A stretch of DNA of 64,000 nucleotides from Candidatus Latescibacterota bacterium (GCA_965205485.1 OZ242180.1:409292-473291); one strand, 5' to 3'. Positions 1 to 9,377 are shown, numbered from the stretch's first letter. Numbers and translations: made by a program. The notes: generated from the letters alone by a model not told the origin.

Positions 1-1004
1 ACACGGGCCTGACCGGCCTTGGAAGCGTCGCGACCAGCCAGGCGCTGGTCGATGCCGCCCTGGACCTTCTGAAACCCCATTTCATCGGAGAGTCGGCCAT
101 CGAACCGGAGCGCGTTTCCGAAAAGCTCCATCAGTCGACCTTCTGGCAGGGCAGGGGCGGATCGGTCACGCATGCGATTTCCGGCATCGACATCGCGCTG
201 TGGGACCTCCTGGGCAAGGCAAGCGGACAACCCGTGGGGCGCCTCCTGGGCGGATACTACAGGCAGAAGATCAAGCCCTATGGCTCTCTCCTGTTCGAGG
301 CGGACCTCGCTGCATTCAAGCAGACGCTCGAGTCTGCTGTTTCACGAGGATTTCGCGCGCTTAAGCTCGGGTGGGGACCCTTCGGCCGCGTGGACAAGCA
401 TGCCGACGAGCGGCTCGTCAAACTCGCTCGTGATACCGTGGGACCGGACGTCGAACTGATGGTCGATGCCGGCGGGAGCGATCAGTTCTGGCCTCACGGG
501 TACAAGTGGGCGCTCGAAACCGCGCGGATGCTGGCTGACTACGACGTGGTCTGGTTCGAGGAGGCCCTGCCCCCCGACGATCTGGAAGGATTCATCGCCC
601 TCCGCCAAAACGCCCCGGTCCCCATCGCCGGAGGTGAAGTCCTGACCAGGCGGCAGAGCTTCATTTCCTGGATAGCGCGCGGCGCCTTCGATATCGTTCA
701 GCCGGACGCCACCAAAGTCGGCGGCCTTTCGGAGACCCGCCGCATCCTCTGGCACGCCTGCAATCACAACGTGCTGCTGGTCACCCACGGATGGAACACC
801 GCCGTTGGCCTGGCTGCCGACCTCCATCTTGCCGCCGCCCATCCCACGGCCCGCTGGGTGGAATACATCACCCCGTCGCCCTACATAGAAGACATCCTCA
901 CCGAACCTTTCCAGCTCGACGATGCCGGCCTGCTTTCCATACCCACCACTCCGGGACTGGGGATCGAGTTGGACCGGGAAAGGGTGAGACGTTATTCCGG
1001 GTAG
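1..1004 (+). CDS. Enolase-superfamily enzyme (mandelate racemase/muconate lactonizing enzyme family, sugar-acid dehydratase-like). 5'-partial; the ORF is open from the window edge.
   Basis: Frame 3 translates continuously from base 3 (TGLTGLGSVATSQALVDAALDLLKPHFIGESAIEPERVSEKLHQSTFWQGRGG...) into the listed 234..1004 ORF. The C-terminal TIM-barrel region shows typical metal-ligand spacing (KLGWGP...MVDAGG...WFEEALPPDD...IAGGE) for MR/MLE enzymes. Confidence 0.7.
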   Translation, partial: TGLTGLGSVATSQALVDAALDLLKPHFIGESAIEPERVSEKLHQSTFWQGRGGSVTHAISGIDIALWDLLGKASGQPVGRLLGGYYRQKIKPYGSLLFEADLAAFKQTLESAVSRGFRALKLGWGPFGRVDKHADERLVKLARDTVGPDVELMVDAGGSDQFWPHGYKWALETARMLADYDVVWFEEALPPDDLEGFIALRQNAPVPIAGGEVLTRRQSFISWIARGAFDIVQPDATKVGGLSETRRILWHACNHNVLLVTHGWNTAVGLAADLHLAAAHPTARWVEYITPSPYIEDILTEPFQLDDAGLLSIPTTPGLGIELDRERVRRYSG

Positions 1005-1014
1005 GAGTCAGAAA

Positions 1015-2016
1015 ATGAAAATTGGTGCTATGGGCGTCCACTACGGACACATCGGCAGCATGTTCCGGTCCGCCGTCAATGCCCCCAACGCGGAACTGGT
1101 CGGCATCGTGGAACCCGACGACGCCCTTTACGAACAGTACACGCGCGACGTCGACGTCCCCCGCTATCCCACGCTGACGGACATGCTGGACGCGACCAGG
1201 GCCGACGTGGTGATGGAAGGCGTGGGCCACCACGAGAAGGTGGAGATGATCGAGACCTGCGCCGCGGCGGGCGCCCATGTGTTCCTGGACAAACCGCTTT
1301 GCCGGTCACTGGACGACTGGAATCGCATCCATACCGCTGTCCGGGAGCACAATATCCGCCTGACCATGTTCTACACCTCACGCAGTTATCCGCCCTTCAT
1401 CGCACTGAGGGAAGCCATTCTGGCAGGAGAACTCGGCGAGATCGTCAGCCTCATCTCCACCCATCCCCACAAACTCGGCCCCTGGGCACCTGACTGGTAT
1501 TTCGATCCGCAGATCTATACGGGCACCTTCAGCGACGTCGCGTGCCACGGCGTGGACCAGGTCCGCTGGCTCACGGGCGCCGAATGCGTGGGCGTGCATG
1601 CGCTCGGCACGTGCAAGAGGCATACGCACGGCCCGCAAAAGCTTGAGATGGACCACATTCAGGCATCGTTTCAATTGAGTACCGGAGCCTGCGCGCTGCT
1701 CACCGCGGACTGGCTGACTCCCGAAGACTCTCCGTCATTCGGCGACACGCGCTTCATCATCATGGGTACGAAGGGATCGGCCCACCTCCGGGCGTATGCG
1801 TCAGACAGCCTCCTCATCGTTGCCGACGGCAAGGGCGCGTACGAGCCCGAATTCCCACCTGAGCGCAACAGCAGCTTTGTGGAAACGATGGTCAACGCGT
1901 TCTCCGGCGGCGAGGAGAACTTCATCTCCACCTCCGACGTGCTGGCCGTTGCCAGAGCATGCATCATGGCGGAAGAATCCGCGCGCCGGGGCGGCGAGTT
2001 TCTGAGTATCGAGTAA
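1015..2016 (+). CDS. Gfo/Idh/MocA-family NAD(P)-dependent oxidoreductase
   Basis: N-terminal Rossmann segment MKIGAMGVHYGHIG, EKVEM...AAGAHVFLDKP, and a C-terminal alpha/beta domain. 333 aa. Sits 10 nt after the upstream gene, so operonic. Confidence 0.65.
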   Translation: MKIGAMGVHYGHIGSMFRSAVNAPNAELVGIVEPDDALYEQYTRDVDVPRYPTLTDMLDATRADVVMEGVGHHEKVEMIETCAAAGAHVFLDKPLCRSLDDWNRIHTAVREHNIRLTMFYTSRSYPPFIALREAILAGELGEIVSLISTHPHKLGPWAPDWYFDPQIYTGTFSDVACHGVDQVRWLTGAECVGVHALGTCKRHTHGPQKLEMDHIQASFQLSTGACALLTADWLTPEDSPSFGDTRFIIMGTKGSAHLRAYASDSLLIVADGKGAYEPEFPPERNSSFVETMVNAFSGGEENFISTSDVLAVARACIMAEESARRGGEFLSIE

Positions 2017-2040
2017 ACCTGCCACAACAGGAGAACTCAA

Positions 2041-3390
2041 ATGGGCGCTTTACAGGCAGGCGCCGCCACGGCCAACATCACGCCCTGGCTGGGCGTGACC
2101 ATTCCCGGAGGGCATCGGCCGGGATACGCGGAAGACGTCCACGACGAACTCCTGGCCAAGGCCCTCGTCCTGGACAACGGCCATACCCGCGTCGCCTTCA
2201 TCACCTGCGATCTCATCGCCATGCCGCGGAATATCGCGGACCGCGCGAGGCAGCGCGTGGCGCAGCGGTGCGGCATCCCGATCGAAAACACGATGATCAA
2301 TGCGACCCACACACACAGTGGGGGCGGCATCGCCGACTTGCTGGGTACGGACGGCGATTCTGACTATATCGAATGGCTCCACCTCAAGATCGCGGACGCG
2401 GCAGAACTCGCGTGCCGTCGCATGTACCCCGCCCGAATCGGCTTCGCAAGCGTGGAGGAAGACCGCATCGCATTCAATCGCCGCTGGCGGATGAAGGACG
2501 GGACCGTGCGGATGAACCCGGGGGTGGCCGACCCGAACCTGATCGAACCCTCGGGCCCCACTGACCCGGAACTCGCAATGTTCTACGTGGAGGACCTGAA
2601 CGGCAATCCGCTGTCGGCCGTTGCCAGTTACTCCCTGCACTACATCGGCGCCGGAGGTGGCATCTCGGCGGATTACTTCGGGCACTTCTTCAGGCTGATG
2701 CGCCGTTATCTGGGCGGCGAATGCGTCCCCCTGCTGTGGAACGCCGCGTCCGGCCAGATCAACAATATCGACTTCAGCGGGCGCCGAAGGTGGAAGGACC
2801 GGGGCCACGCACACGCGAAGAAAATGGCCAACGTCCTGGCCGGTCACATGCTCACCGAAATCCAGCTGATGGATATGCAGGATAGTCTGGATCTCGCGGC
2901 CGCTACCGGTTCGTTCCATTTCTCGCCCAGAACGATCACGCCCGAAGACCTGGAAATGGCCGAAAGGATCCTTGCCTCGCCTGGCGAAATGCCGGAATAC
3001 GACGAAGGCCCCTTCAGCTGGGTTGTGGGCCAACCCATCCCGCGGTCCATCGTGGATATATACGCCATGGAATGCCAACGCCTGGCGAAGCTCCCGTCCA
3101 GAATGAGCGCCCAGGTGCAGGCATTCAGACTCGACGACGCCGCCATCGTTGCGCTTCCGGGCGAGGTTTTCGTTGAATCGGGCCTGGGTATCAAGTCGCG
3201 GACGTCCGCCAGTCCTGTCTTTATCACCAGCCTTGCCAACGGCTACATCGGCTATATCTGTACCGACAGAGCCCTTACCGAGGAGGGCGGATACGAAACC
3301 TGGGCGGCCAACTCCTCTCTGGGCGGCGTGGGCACGGCCCCGGCCATGGAGACCCTCGCAGACGACCTGCTGGCGCAACTGTTCGGATAA
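2041..3390 (+). CDS. Neutral/alkaline ceramidase-like hydrolase (N-terminal catalytic domain family). No signal peptide, so predicted cytoplasmic.
   Basis: Motifs ITPWLGV...GYAEDVHDELLAKALVL...NATHTHSGGG...FNRRWRMKDGTVRMNPG are reminiscent of the neutral ceramidase zinc-binding HTHSGP region. A clear paralog lies at 55989..57263. Confidence 0.55.
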   Translation: MGALQAGAATANITPWLGVTIPGGHRPGYAEDVHDELLAKALVLDNGHTRVAFITCDLIAMPRNIADRARQRVAQRCGIPIENTMINATHTHSGGGIADLLGTDGDSDYIEWLHLKIADAAELACRRMYPARIGFASVEEDRIAFNRRWRMKDGTVRMNPGVADPNLIEPSGPTDPELAMFYVEDLNGNPLSAVASYSLHYIGAGGGISADYFGHFFRLMRRYLGGECVPLLWNAASGQINNIDFSGRRRWKDRGHAHAKKMANVLAGHMLTEIQLMDMQDSLDLAAATGSFHFSPRTITPEDLEMAERILASPGEMPEYDEGPFSWVVGQPIPRSIVDIYAMECQRLAKLPSRMSAQVQAFRLDDAAIVALPGEVFVESGLGIKSRTSASPVFITSLANGYIGYICTDRALTEEGGYETWAANSSLGGVGTAPAMETLADDLLAQLFG

Positions 3391-3502
3391 AAAAGCCGCC
3401 GCGTCGAGGTGTCAGCGAAGAGGTGGGCTCAGCGTTTTGACAATGGCTATCGCAATACATGTCACTCTGAGCGAGATCGAAAATTCCTTATCAAAACGTG
3501 GT

Positions 3503-3525
3503 CATTGAGCTTGTCGAAATGCCCG
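3503..3525. repeat. 23-bp repeat CATTGAGCTTGTCGAAATGCCCG (copy 1 of 2; the other is at 7395..7417)
   Basis: Exact 23/23 match between the two loci, both intergenic. Confidence 0.8.
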
Positions 3526-3579
3526 TATTGCGGCGTCCCCTGGACATCTCTCGCGAGCATCGGGGTCCAACCGAAGACC

Positions 3580-3612
3580 GGGCAGACAGGAATGTCCGCC
3601 CCACCTTCACAC
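3580..3612. repeat. 32-bp imperfect-hairpin repeat GGGCAGACAGGAATGTCCGCCCCACCTTCACAC (copy 1 of 3)
   Basis: Near-identical copies at 22511..22542 (reverse orientation) and 28514..28548. Arms GTGGGCAGAC / GTCCGCCCCAC can pair. Confidence 0.8.
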
Positions 3613-3616
3613 ACTA

Positions 3617-3656
3617 AAACCCCGTCGCATTCTCTGCCTGCGACGGGGTTTTTTCG
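3617..3656. terminator. Bidirectional rho-independent terminator
   Basis: AAAACCCCGTCGCA-ttctctgcc-TGCGACGGGGTTTTTT: a 10-bp GC-rich stem flanked by an A-run and a T-run. Lies between convergent genes ending at 3390 (+) and 3720 (-). Confidence 0.65.
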
Positions 3657-3719
3657 AAGGTTATTGACGGGTACGATTTCCGGCGAACCTGTTCTTATGA
3701 GCGCGGTCGAGGCGTCCCC

Positions 3720-4829
3720 TTATTCAATCACCTCCCGCATCGCTGTCACCGCATCCAGACGTTCCTGCACCGGATCGAACCCCACGCCGGGCGTTTCGTC
3801 CAGTACGACATTGCAGCTTTCGTCCTGTTCGACCCATCGATCCGTAATGTCCTCAGCGTAGAATTTGGAAGAGGGAAACACGTCCGCCGGATAGGTGAAT
3901 CCCGGCAGCGTTCCCAGCGCAGCGCAGATACCCGCACCCACCCCGCTTTCCAGCATCCCGCCAACCCACGCCGGCATCCCAGCGTCTCGCGCCATATTGT
4001 GAATCCGCACCGCGTTGTACAACCCGCCAACGCGTCCCGGCTTTACGTTGATCACGCGGCAGGCGTCGATTTTCAGCGCCAGCTCGAAGTCGCGGGGGCG
4101 CGTGACCGATTCATCCAGACACACCGGCGTCTCGATCCGACGCTGCAACTCGGCGTGGTCGATGAGATCCGTATGGTCCAGGGGCTGTTCGATCATCGCC
4201 AGGTTGAACCGGTCGAAAGCCGCCAGCGTATCAAAATCCGCCTCCAGGTCGTATCCGGAGTTGCAGTCCACGTGAATCACGGGACCGGGAAAGGCCGACC
4301 TCACGGCTTCCAGCATCTCAATATCCCATCCGTGCTTCACCTTCAGCTTGATCCGCGGAAAGCCCGCGTCCACGGCGCCCTGGATCAGCGCGAGAAGCTC
4401 GTCTATCGTATCCTGGACCCCGAAATCGGCTCCGCACCGCACCACCGGCTCATCCGCCCCCAGCGCGCGCCACAGCGGGACGCCTTTCAACTTGCTGTCG
4501 AGCGCCCACCAGGCCGTTTCCACCGCGGCTTTGGAGAACGGATTCCCCTTGAAGATCGACAGCCGATTCAGTACCTCTTCGGCGGAATCCAGAGTATGGC
4601 CCACGATCCGCGGCAGAAAGAACTCCCGGGCCGTCACATATAAGGACCGCGCGGATTCGGGCGAATAGGTGGGGGCGTAGAACGGCGCCGCCTCGCCCCA
4701 GGCCTCTGCCCCGTCGCCGCACAGTCTGACCATCACGGAATGTATCGACGCGTCCTCGCCGTATGCGGTCCGCCACGGCGATATCAGCGGCAGTTCGACG
4801 TATCTGATCTCGGCAGAATCGATCTTCAC
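3720..4829 (-). CDS. Enolase-superfamily enzyme (o-succinylbenzoate synthase / N-acylamino-acid racemase / dipeptide-epimerase-like)
   Basis: 369 aa. The N-terminal capping domain (MKIDSAEIRYVELPLISPWRTAYGE) and KxK...D...E...D barrel motifs (RIKLKVKHGWD, IEQPL, VCLDES, NVKPGRVGG) are typical of the MLE subgroup. Confidence 0.7.
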   Translation of the reverse strand: MKIDSAEIRYVELPLISPWRTAYGEDASIHSVMVRLCGDGAEAWGEAAPFYAPTYSPESARSLYVTAREFFLPRIVGHTLDSAEEVLNRLSIFKGNPFSKAAVETAWWALDSKLKGVPLWRALGADEPVVRCGADFGVQDTIDELLALIQGAVDAGFPRIKLKVKHGWDIEMLEAVRSAFPGPVIHVDCNSGYDLEADFDTLAAFDRFNLAMIEQPLDHTDLIDHAELQRRIETPVCLDESVTRPRDFELALKIDACRVINVKPGRVGGLYNAVRIHNMARDAGMPAWVGGMLESGVGAGICAALGTLPGFTYPADVFPSSKFYAEDITDRWVEQDESCNVVLDETPGVGFDPVQERLDAVTAMREVIE

Positions 4830-4966
4830 GGAGCGAACCTTTCCAAATGCCGGGTTTCATTGGCTGATGACATTCGTATTCGAGCGCGCAGGTTGCCCGA
4901 GGTTCTGGTTTTGGGTATATTGGGCGACAGTCGAATGTTGCAAAGTCTCAAGGTTGTGAACAAATC

Positions 4967-5275
4967 GTGGAGACCCCGATGGACGATACGAACATGGACG
5001 TAAGAGAAGCCGCACAAGTGGCGAAAGAATATCTGATAGACCTCTTCGACGGCGAGGGGATCACCAACGTCGGTCTCGAGGAAGTAGAGTTTGACGAGAA
5101 TTCCTTTGATTGGAGAATAACCGTCGGCTTTTCACGACCGTGGGACCAAAAGAATCCTCTAACCGCAGCGCTCGGTGAAGGACGCCCGGCGCGGTCCTAT
5201 AAAGTCCTTCGAATCAACGACGAGGACGGCCGTGTCATATCGGTGAAGGAACGCGTCTTTGCGGCTTCGGAATAA
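4967..5275 (+). CDS. Hypothetical small protein; candidate antitoxin partner of the downstream PIN-like gene
   Basis: 102-aa ORF in a locally lower-GC islet. Its stop overlaps the start region of the next ORF. No recognizable motif. Confidence 0.4.
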   Translation: METPMDDTNMDVREAAQVAKEYLIDLFDGEGITNVGLEEVEFDENSFDWRITVGFSRPWDQKNPLTAALGEGRPARSYKVLRINDEDGRVISVKERVFAASE

Positions 5276-5279
5276 GCCG

Positions 5280-5741
5280 ATGCCACGTACCGGGTTATTC
5301 ATTGACGCGAATCTTCTTGTTCTGTTCGTCGTGGGTAGTGTCGACCATGAACTGATCCGCAAGCACCGTCGCCTTCGAGGATTCACCGCGGAAGATTACG
5401 AACGTTTGGTTAACATCATAGACCAGGTGGCGAGGGTATATGTAACGCCGAATACACTCACCGAGACATCCAATCTGCTCGCCCAACATGGAGAACCGGA
5501 GCGATCCCGCTTCTTCGACCGGCTCCGATTCGTCATAGACGAAAGCGAAGAAATCGTCGTTGCAAGCACCACCGCCGCGCACCGCACTGAGTTCAGACGA
5601 CTTGGCCTCACGGACGCCACATTGCTGGAAGTCGTTAGCGGGGAAACGCCGCTACTTACCGTCGATCTGGACCTTTATCTCGCCGCCATCGAAAAAGATC
5701 CGTCGTCCGCCTTTAACTTCACACATCTTCAGGATCTCTAA
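5280..5741 (+). CDS. PIN-domain-like protein (putative toxin of a type II TA-like pair)
   Basis: N-terminal GLFIDANLLV (acidic residue in a hydrophobic strand), later ...LTDATLLE... and ...TVDLDLY... give the D/E/D/D spacing typical of PIN nucleases. ~153 aa. Confidence 0.45.
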   Translation: MPRTGLFIDANLLVLFVVGSVDHELIRKHRRLRGFTAEDYERLVNIIDQVARVYVTPNTLTETSNLLAQHGEPERSRFFDRLRFVIDESEEIVVASTTAAHRTEFRRLGLTDATLLEVVSGETPLLTVDLDLYLAAIEKDPSSAFNFTHLQDL

Positions 5742-5817
5742 GACCAGATCGGCGGTGCGTTTCCTGCGGTCTTGCCCAGCATAACTCCAGCCAACGCCAG
5801 CTAACCCGTCCCCTCTC

Positions 5818-7029
5818 TCACAGCCAGTGCGCGAAGGGCCACAGGGTTGCCGAACGGGTGAAGCGCGCGTCCAGCAGCTTTTCGGGCGCTTCAACGGGGT
5901 CGTGGCCGTAACGGCGCACGAACTCCGCCTCGATTTTTCTCTCGAGTTCGGTGGGTTCACCCAGGGGCAGGTCGACCCAGGTACTTCCCCTACGCGCGCT
6001 TTCCCGCACGGCAAGGCAGATTTCCCAGTCTTTCAGTGCGTTCTCGTGCCCGTACTGCGGCCGGCCGCCATTGGTAATCGCATTGTGAAAGCTGACGAGA
6101 ATGCTCGCCTTGGCGACGTCGTCAGCCGAGCCGATTCGCCACTTTCTGTAAGGATTCTCCCATGAGACCGGCGGATCCGCTTCCACGTGCGCGACATCCA
6201 GAACGTCGCATCCGTCGACTTCCACGTAGCGCTCCCGCAGAGCGTACGCCTGCGAAGATTTCTCGCCGTACAACACGAGTTGACTCTGGTCCAGGTATCC
6301 ACGGGTCCCTTCCACGTGCCAGCCGGTGGGGAAACCCTGTGCCGGGGAAGGGAAGGCGCGCGGCGGCTTTTCGAAGAGGCAGGCGATACCGCCTTCGAAC
6401 TCGACCACCGCGTGGTCCCACATCACCGTGGTCTCCGCCTCCCCGCCGTAGGCCTCGTACGGCAGCGCCGGCGCCTCTCCACAATAGCCCAACACCCGCT
6501 TCGCCTCTCTGTCTAACAACGTACGGACGCCGTTGAACCCGTGATATTGACCGGTCAGGTACCACAAGCGCGAATGCGTCAACTCACCCAGCAGGCCGGC
6601 CTCGATGATTTTTCTCTTCAATCGCTCCCGCGGCCACAGCCACACCTGCTCCGCCACCTCCCAAAGCACGCCGTGTTCTTCGCACGTCCGCGCAACCGCC
6701 CTCGCGTAGCGCCGTGTGAGCCCCACGGGAATCTCGGTGATGACATGAGCGCCGTGCCGCGCGGCCGTCGCCGCGATCACGCCGTGGGAGTCCTTGGGTG
6801 TCATGCTCAGCACCACTTCTGGTGTGGCCGAAGCGAAGAGAGATCTGATGTCCTGAAAACATGCTGTAGAAGCGCCCGCTGAAGCTTCGGCCAGCGCGCG
6901 TTCGTCCCGGTCGCAGATCGCGACCAGTTCATAGTGATCCGTCAACCGGGTGATTGTACTGAGGTACTGACGCGCCCGGGAGCCCGGATCCGCGCCCACA
7001 CCGATCACCGCAATCCTGAGCTTTTGCAT
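5818..7029 (-). CDS. Gfo/Idh/MocA-family oxidoreductase
   Basis: MQKLRIAVIGVGADPGS...VVLSMTPKDSHG...EIPVG: Rossmann plus C-terminal domain. 403 aa. Confidence 0.65.
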   Translation of the reverse strand: MQKLRIAVIGVGADPGSRARQYLSTITRLTDHYELVAICDRDERALAEASAGASTACFQDIRSLFASATPEVVLSMTPKDSHGVIAATAARHGAHVITEIPVGLTRRYARAVARTCEEHGVLWEVAEQVWLWPRERLKRKIIEAGLLGELTHSRLWYLTGQYHGFNGVRTLLDREAKRVLGYCGEAPALPYEAYGGEAETTVMWDHAVVEFEGGIACLFEKPPRAFPSPAQGFPTGWHVEGTRGYLDQSQLVLYGEKSSQAYALRERYVEVDGCDVLDVAHVEADPPVSWENPYRKWRIGSADDVAKASILVSFHNAITNGGRPQYGHENALKDWEICLAVRESARRGSTWVDLPLGEPTELERKIEAEFVRRYGHDPVEAPEKLLDARFTRSATLWPFAHWL

Positions 7030-7229
7030 GAGTGCCGTTTCCTTTCAAAGGCCGTTGCCGGCATCCTTCAATATACCGACCGGTTTCACGGGGTGTCAAC
7101 CCCTTTGCGCCTGAAAGCCGGTCCCTCGTCATGGGCCTCAATCCTCTCCGTTCCCGGTCCGATCTTCCGGCTCATCGTCGAATTGCTGTCTTCCCGGACG
7201 TCGGGACAGTGGCATTTTCCCATCCGCGG

Positions 7230-7258
7230 TTGACTTCAATCCCCTAACAGAGTATATT
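7230..7258 (+). promoter_or_regulatory. Sigma70-like promoter upstream of lepA (TTGACT - 17 nt - TATATT)
   Basis: TTGACTtcaatcccctaacagagTATATT with an exact 17-nt spacer. About 280 nt upstream of the lepA ATG. Confidence 0.45.
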
Positions 7259-7394
7259 CTAACCTTCTATGAGAGGTGTGTAGACGGTTGAATTTTTTGA
7301 AGTTGTAAATATTGTCCTGACACAGAAATATACCGCCCACTTCCGCCGTTTCGTCCCGCCTCGCTACATTGGGCAGACCTCGCAGAAACGCGTT

Positions 7395-7417
7395 CATTGA
7401 GCTTGTCGAAATGCCCG
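7395..7417. repeat. 23-bp repeat CATTGAGCTTGTCGAAATGCCCG (copy 2), inside the lepA leader
   Basis: Identical to 3503..3525. GAGCTTGTCGAA here can pair with TTCGACAAGCTC at 7463..7474, giving a 12-bp inverted repeat around a 50-nt loop. Confidence 0.8.
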
Positions 7418-7540
7418 CGTTTCGTAACCTGTGAGGCCCTCTTCAACACCCTTCGCCGACCCTTCGACAAGCTCAGGGAGCGGCTCAGGTCGCAGTCGCC
7501 GGCTCCAGGGATGGGACGTCAGTTACAGCGTTTCCCGTGT

Positions 7541-9340
7541 ATGAATACCCGGAATATCAGAAACTTCTGCATCATCGCCCATATAGACCACGGCAAATCC
7601 ACCCTGGCGGACCGCCTCCTGGAAACGACCTCGACCCTCTCTCAAAACGAGATGGTGGACCAGGTCCTGGACGATATGGATCTGGAAAGGGAACGCGGCA
7701 TCACCATCAAGTCGCATGCCGTCCGGATGGAGCACGTGCGTCCCGACGGTCGGCGATACATCCTCAACCTCATCGACACGCCTGGGCACGTCGACTTTTC
7801 ATACGAGGTTTCCCGGAGCCTGGCCGCGTGTGAAGGCGCTCTCCTCCTGGTAGACGCAGCGCAGGGCGTGGAGGCGCAGACGATCAGCAACGTGCTGCTC
7901 GCGCTGGAACAGGACCTTGAGATCATCCCGGTTATCAACAAGATCGATCTGCCCAACGTGGACGTGGACAGGGTGGTCCTGCAGATTCACGACCTCCTGG
8001 GCGTCGAAGAGTCCGAAATCCACAAGATAAGCGCCAAAGAGGGCGCGGGCGTGGCGGGTGTGCTGCAGGCGATCATCGAACGGATTCCACCGCCGGAGGG
8101 CGACCCCGGTGCGGCGCTCCAGGCCCTGATTTTCGACTCGATATTCGACCGGTACCGCGGGGCGGTCGCTTCGGTCCGCGTTTTCCAGGGCAGCCTGCAG
8201 ACCGGCATGCCCATCCGGTTCTTCTCCACGGGGCGTCAATTCGAGGCCGAGGAAATCGGCGTGCTGCGACTCAAGCGCGTCAAGACGGGCACGCTGCAGG
8301 CCGGGGAAGTCGGTTATCTCATCGCCGGCGTGAAGGACCTGGAAGAGCTCCATATGGGTGACACCGTTACCGGGTGCGACCGGCCGGCCGGCGAACCGTT
8401 GCCCGGGTACAAGGAAGTGAAGCCGATGGTCTTTTCCGGCGTCTATCCGGTCGACGCGGAAGACTACACCGACCTTCGAACGGCCCTGGAGAAGCTGCGC
8501 CTGAACGACGCGTCGCTCCGTTTCGAGCCGGAAACATCCACGGCCCTGGGATTCGGCTTCCGCTGCGGCTTCCTGGGCCTGCTTCACATGGAGATCGTGC
8601 AGGAGCGCCTCGCCCGTGAATTTGACATGGACATTATCACCACGGTTCCCAACGTAGAGTATGAAATCCTGCTCACCAACGGGGACGTCGAAGTCGTGCA
8701 CAATCCCGCCGAGATGCCCCCGGCCGTACAGATCGAAGAAATCGCGGAACCGGTGCTCAATGCGCAAATTCTGGTTCCGGCGGAATATATCGGCGCGGCC
8801 ATGCAGGTTGCCCAGGACCGCCGGGGAATCTATATTACCACCGAGTTCGTGGATCCCGCGCGCGCCCTGCTGCGGTACGAACTCCCCCTTTCCGAAATCG
8901 TATTGGACTTTTACGACCGCCTGAAATCCGTCAGCAGGGGATATGCCTCGTTCGACTACGAATACAGGGAACACCGGGCCGCCGACCTGGTCAAACTCGA
9001 CCTGCTCATCAATGAAGACCCGGTCGACGCGCTGTCCGCTGTCGTCCATCGCGACAAAGCCTACGAATGGGGACGGGCGATCTGTTCCAAGCTCAAGGAA
9101 CTCATTCCGCGACAGATGTTCGAGGTTGTCATCCAGGCCGCCATCGGCAGGAAAATCATCTCCAGAACGTCCGTACGTCCCTTCCGCAAGAACGTCACCG
9201 CGAAATGTTACGGTGGTGATGTGACCAGAAAGCGGAAGCTTCTGGAAAGACAGAGGGAAGGGAAACGGAGGATGAAACAGGTGGGGAACATCGAGATTCC
9301 ACAGGAGGCGTTCCTCGCCGTCCTGCGTATGGAAATGTAG
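7541..9340 (+). CDS. lepA: Elongation factor 4 (LepA), translational GTPase
   Basis: [22 protein letters not shown] (G1), DTPGHVDF (G3), NKID (G4), and the LepA-specific C-terminal domain. Start placed at the ATG at 7541, ahead of the conserved N-terminus. Confidence 0.95.
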   Translation: MNTRNIRNFCIIAHIDHGKSTLADRLLETTSTLSQNEMVDQVLDDMDLERERGITIKSHAVRMEHVRPDGRRYILNLIDTPGHVDFSYEVSRSLAACEGALLLVDAAQGVEAQTISNVLLALEQDLEIIPVINKIDLPNVDVDRVVLQIHDLLGVEESEIHKISAKEGAGVAGVLQAIIERIPPPEGDPGAALQALIFDSIFDRYRGAVASVRVFQGSLQTGMPIRFFSTGRQFEAEEIGVLRLKRVKTGTLQAGEVGYLIAGVKDLEELHMGDTVTGCDRPAGEPLPGYKEVKPMVFSGVYPVDAEDYTDLRTALEKLRLNDASLRFEPETSTALGFGFRCGFLGLLHMEIVQERLAREFDMDIITTVPNVEYEILLTNGDVEVVHNPAEMPPAVQIEEIAEPVLNAQILVPAEYIGAAMQVAQDRRGIYITTEFVDPARALLRYELPLSEIVLDFYDRLKSVSRGYASFDYEYREHRAADLVKLDLLINEDPVDALSAVVHRDKAYEWGRAICSKLKELIPRQMFEVVIQAAIGRKIISRTSVRPFRKNVTAKCYGGDVTRKRKLLERQREGKRRMKQVGNIEIPQEAFLAVLRMEM

Positions 9341-9377
9341 AGGATACCCGCGGCCCACGAGCCGCTATACCAGACAG

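Noticed and set aside
2050-3378. 442-aa ORF on the minus strand fully antisense to the ceramidase-like gene. Similar long antisense ORFs: 7799..9358, 17830..19128, 19567..20781, 23246..24223, 26114..28399, 29338..30681, 34167..35585, 38542..40224, 43035..44378, 50378..51490, 53748..55142, 54893..56059, 55899..57359, 57229..58350, 58465..59439.
   Set aside because: High-GC genomes generate long stop-free antisense frames. In each case the sense-strand ORF has clear family motifs (GTPase, helicase, NHL repeats and so on), while the antisense translation is Arg/Gly/Pro-rich and of low complexity with no motifs.
3409-3861. 150-aa ORF spanning the 3390..3720 intergenic region. Likewise 28435..28689 and 24252..25019.
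   Set aside because: These ORFs run across repeat elements (the 23-bp and 32-bp repeats) and a terminator hairpin, and carry repeat-derived peptides (…GQTGMSAPPSH…) seen at several loci. They are repeat shadows, not genes.
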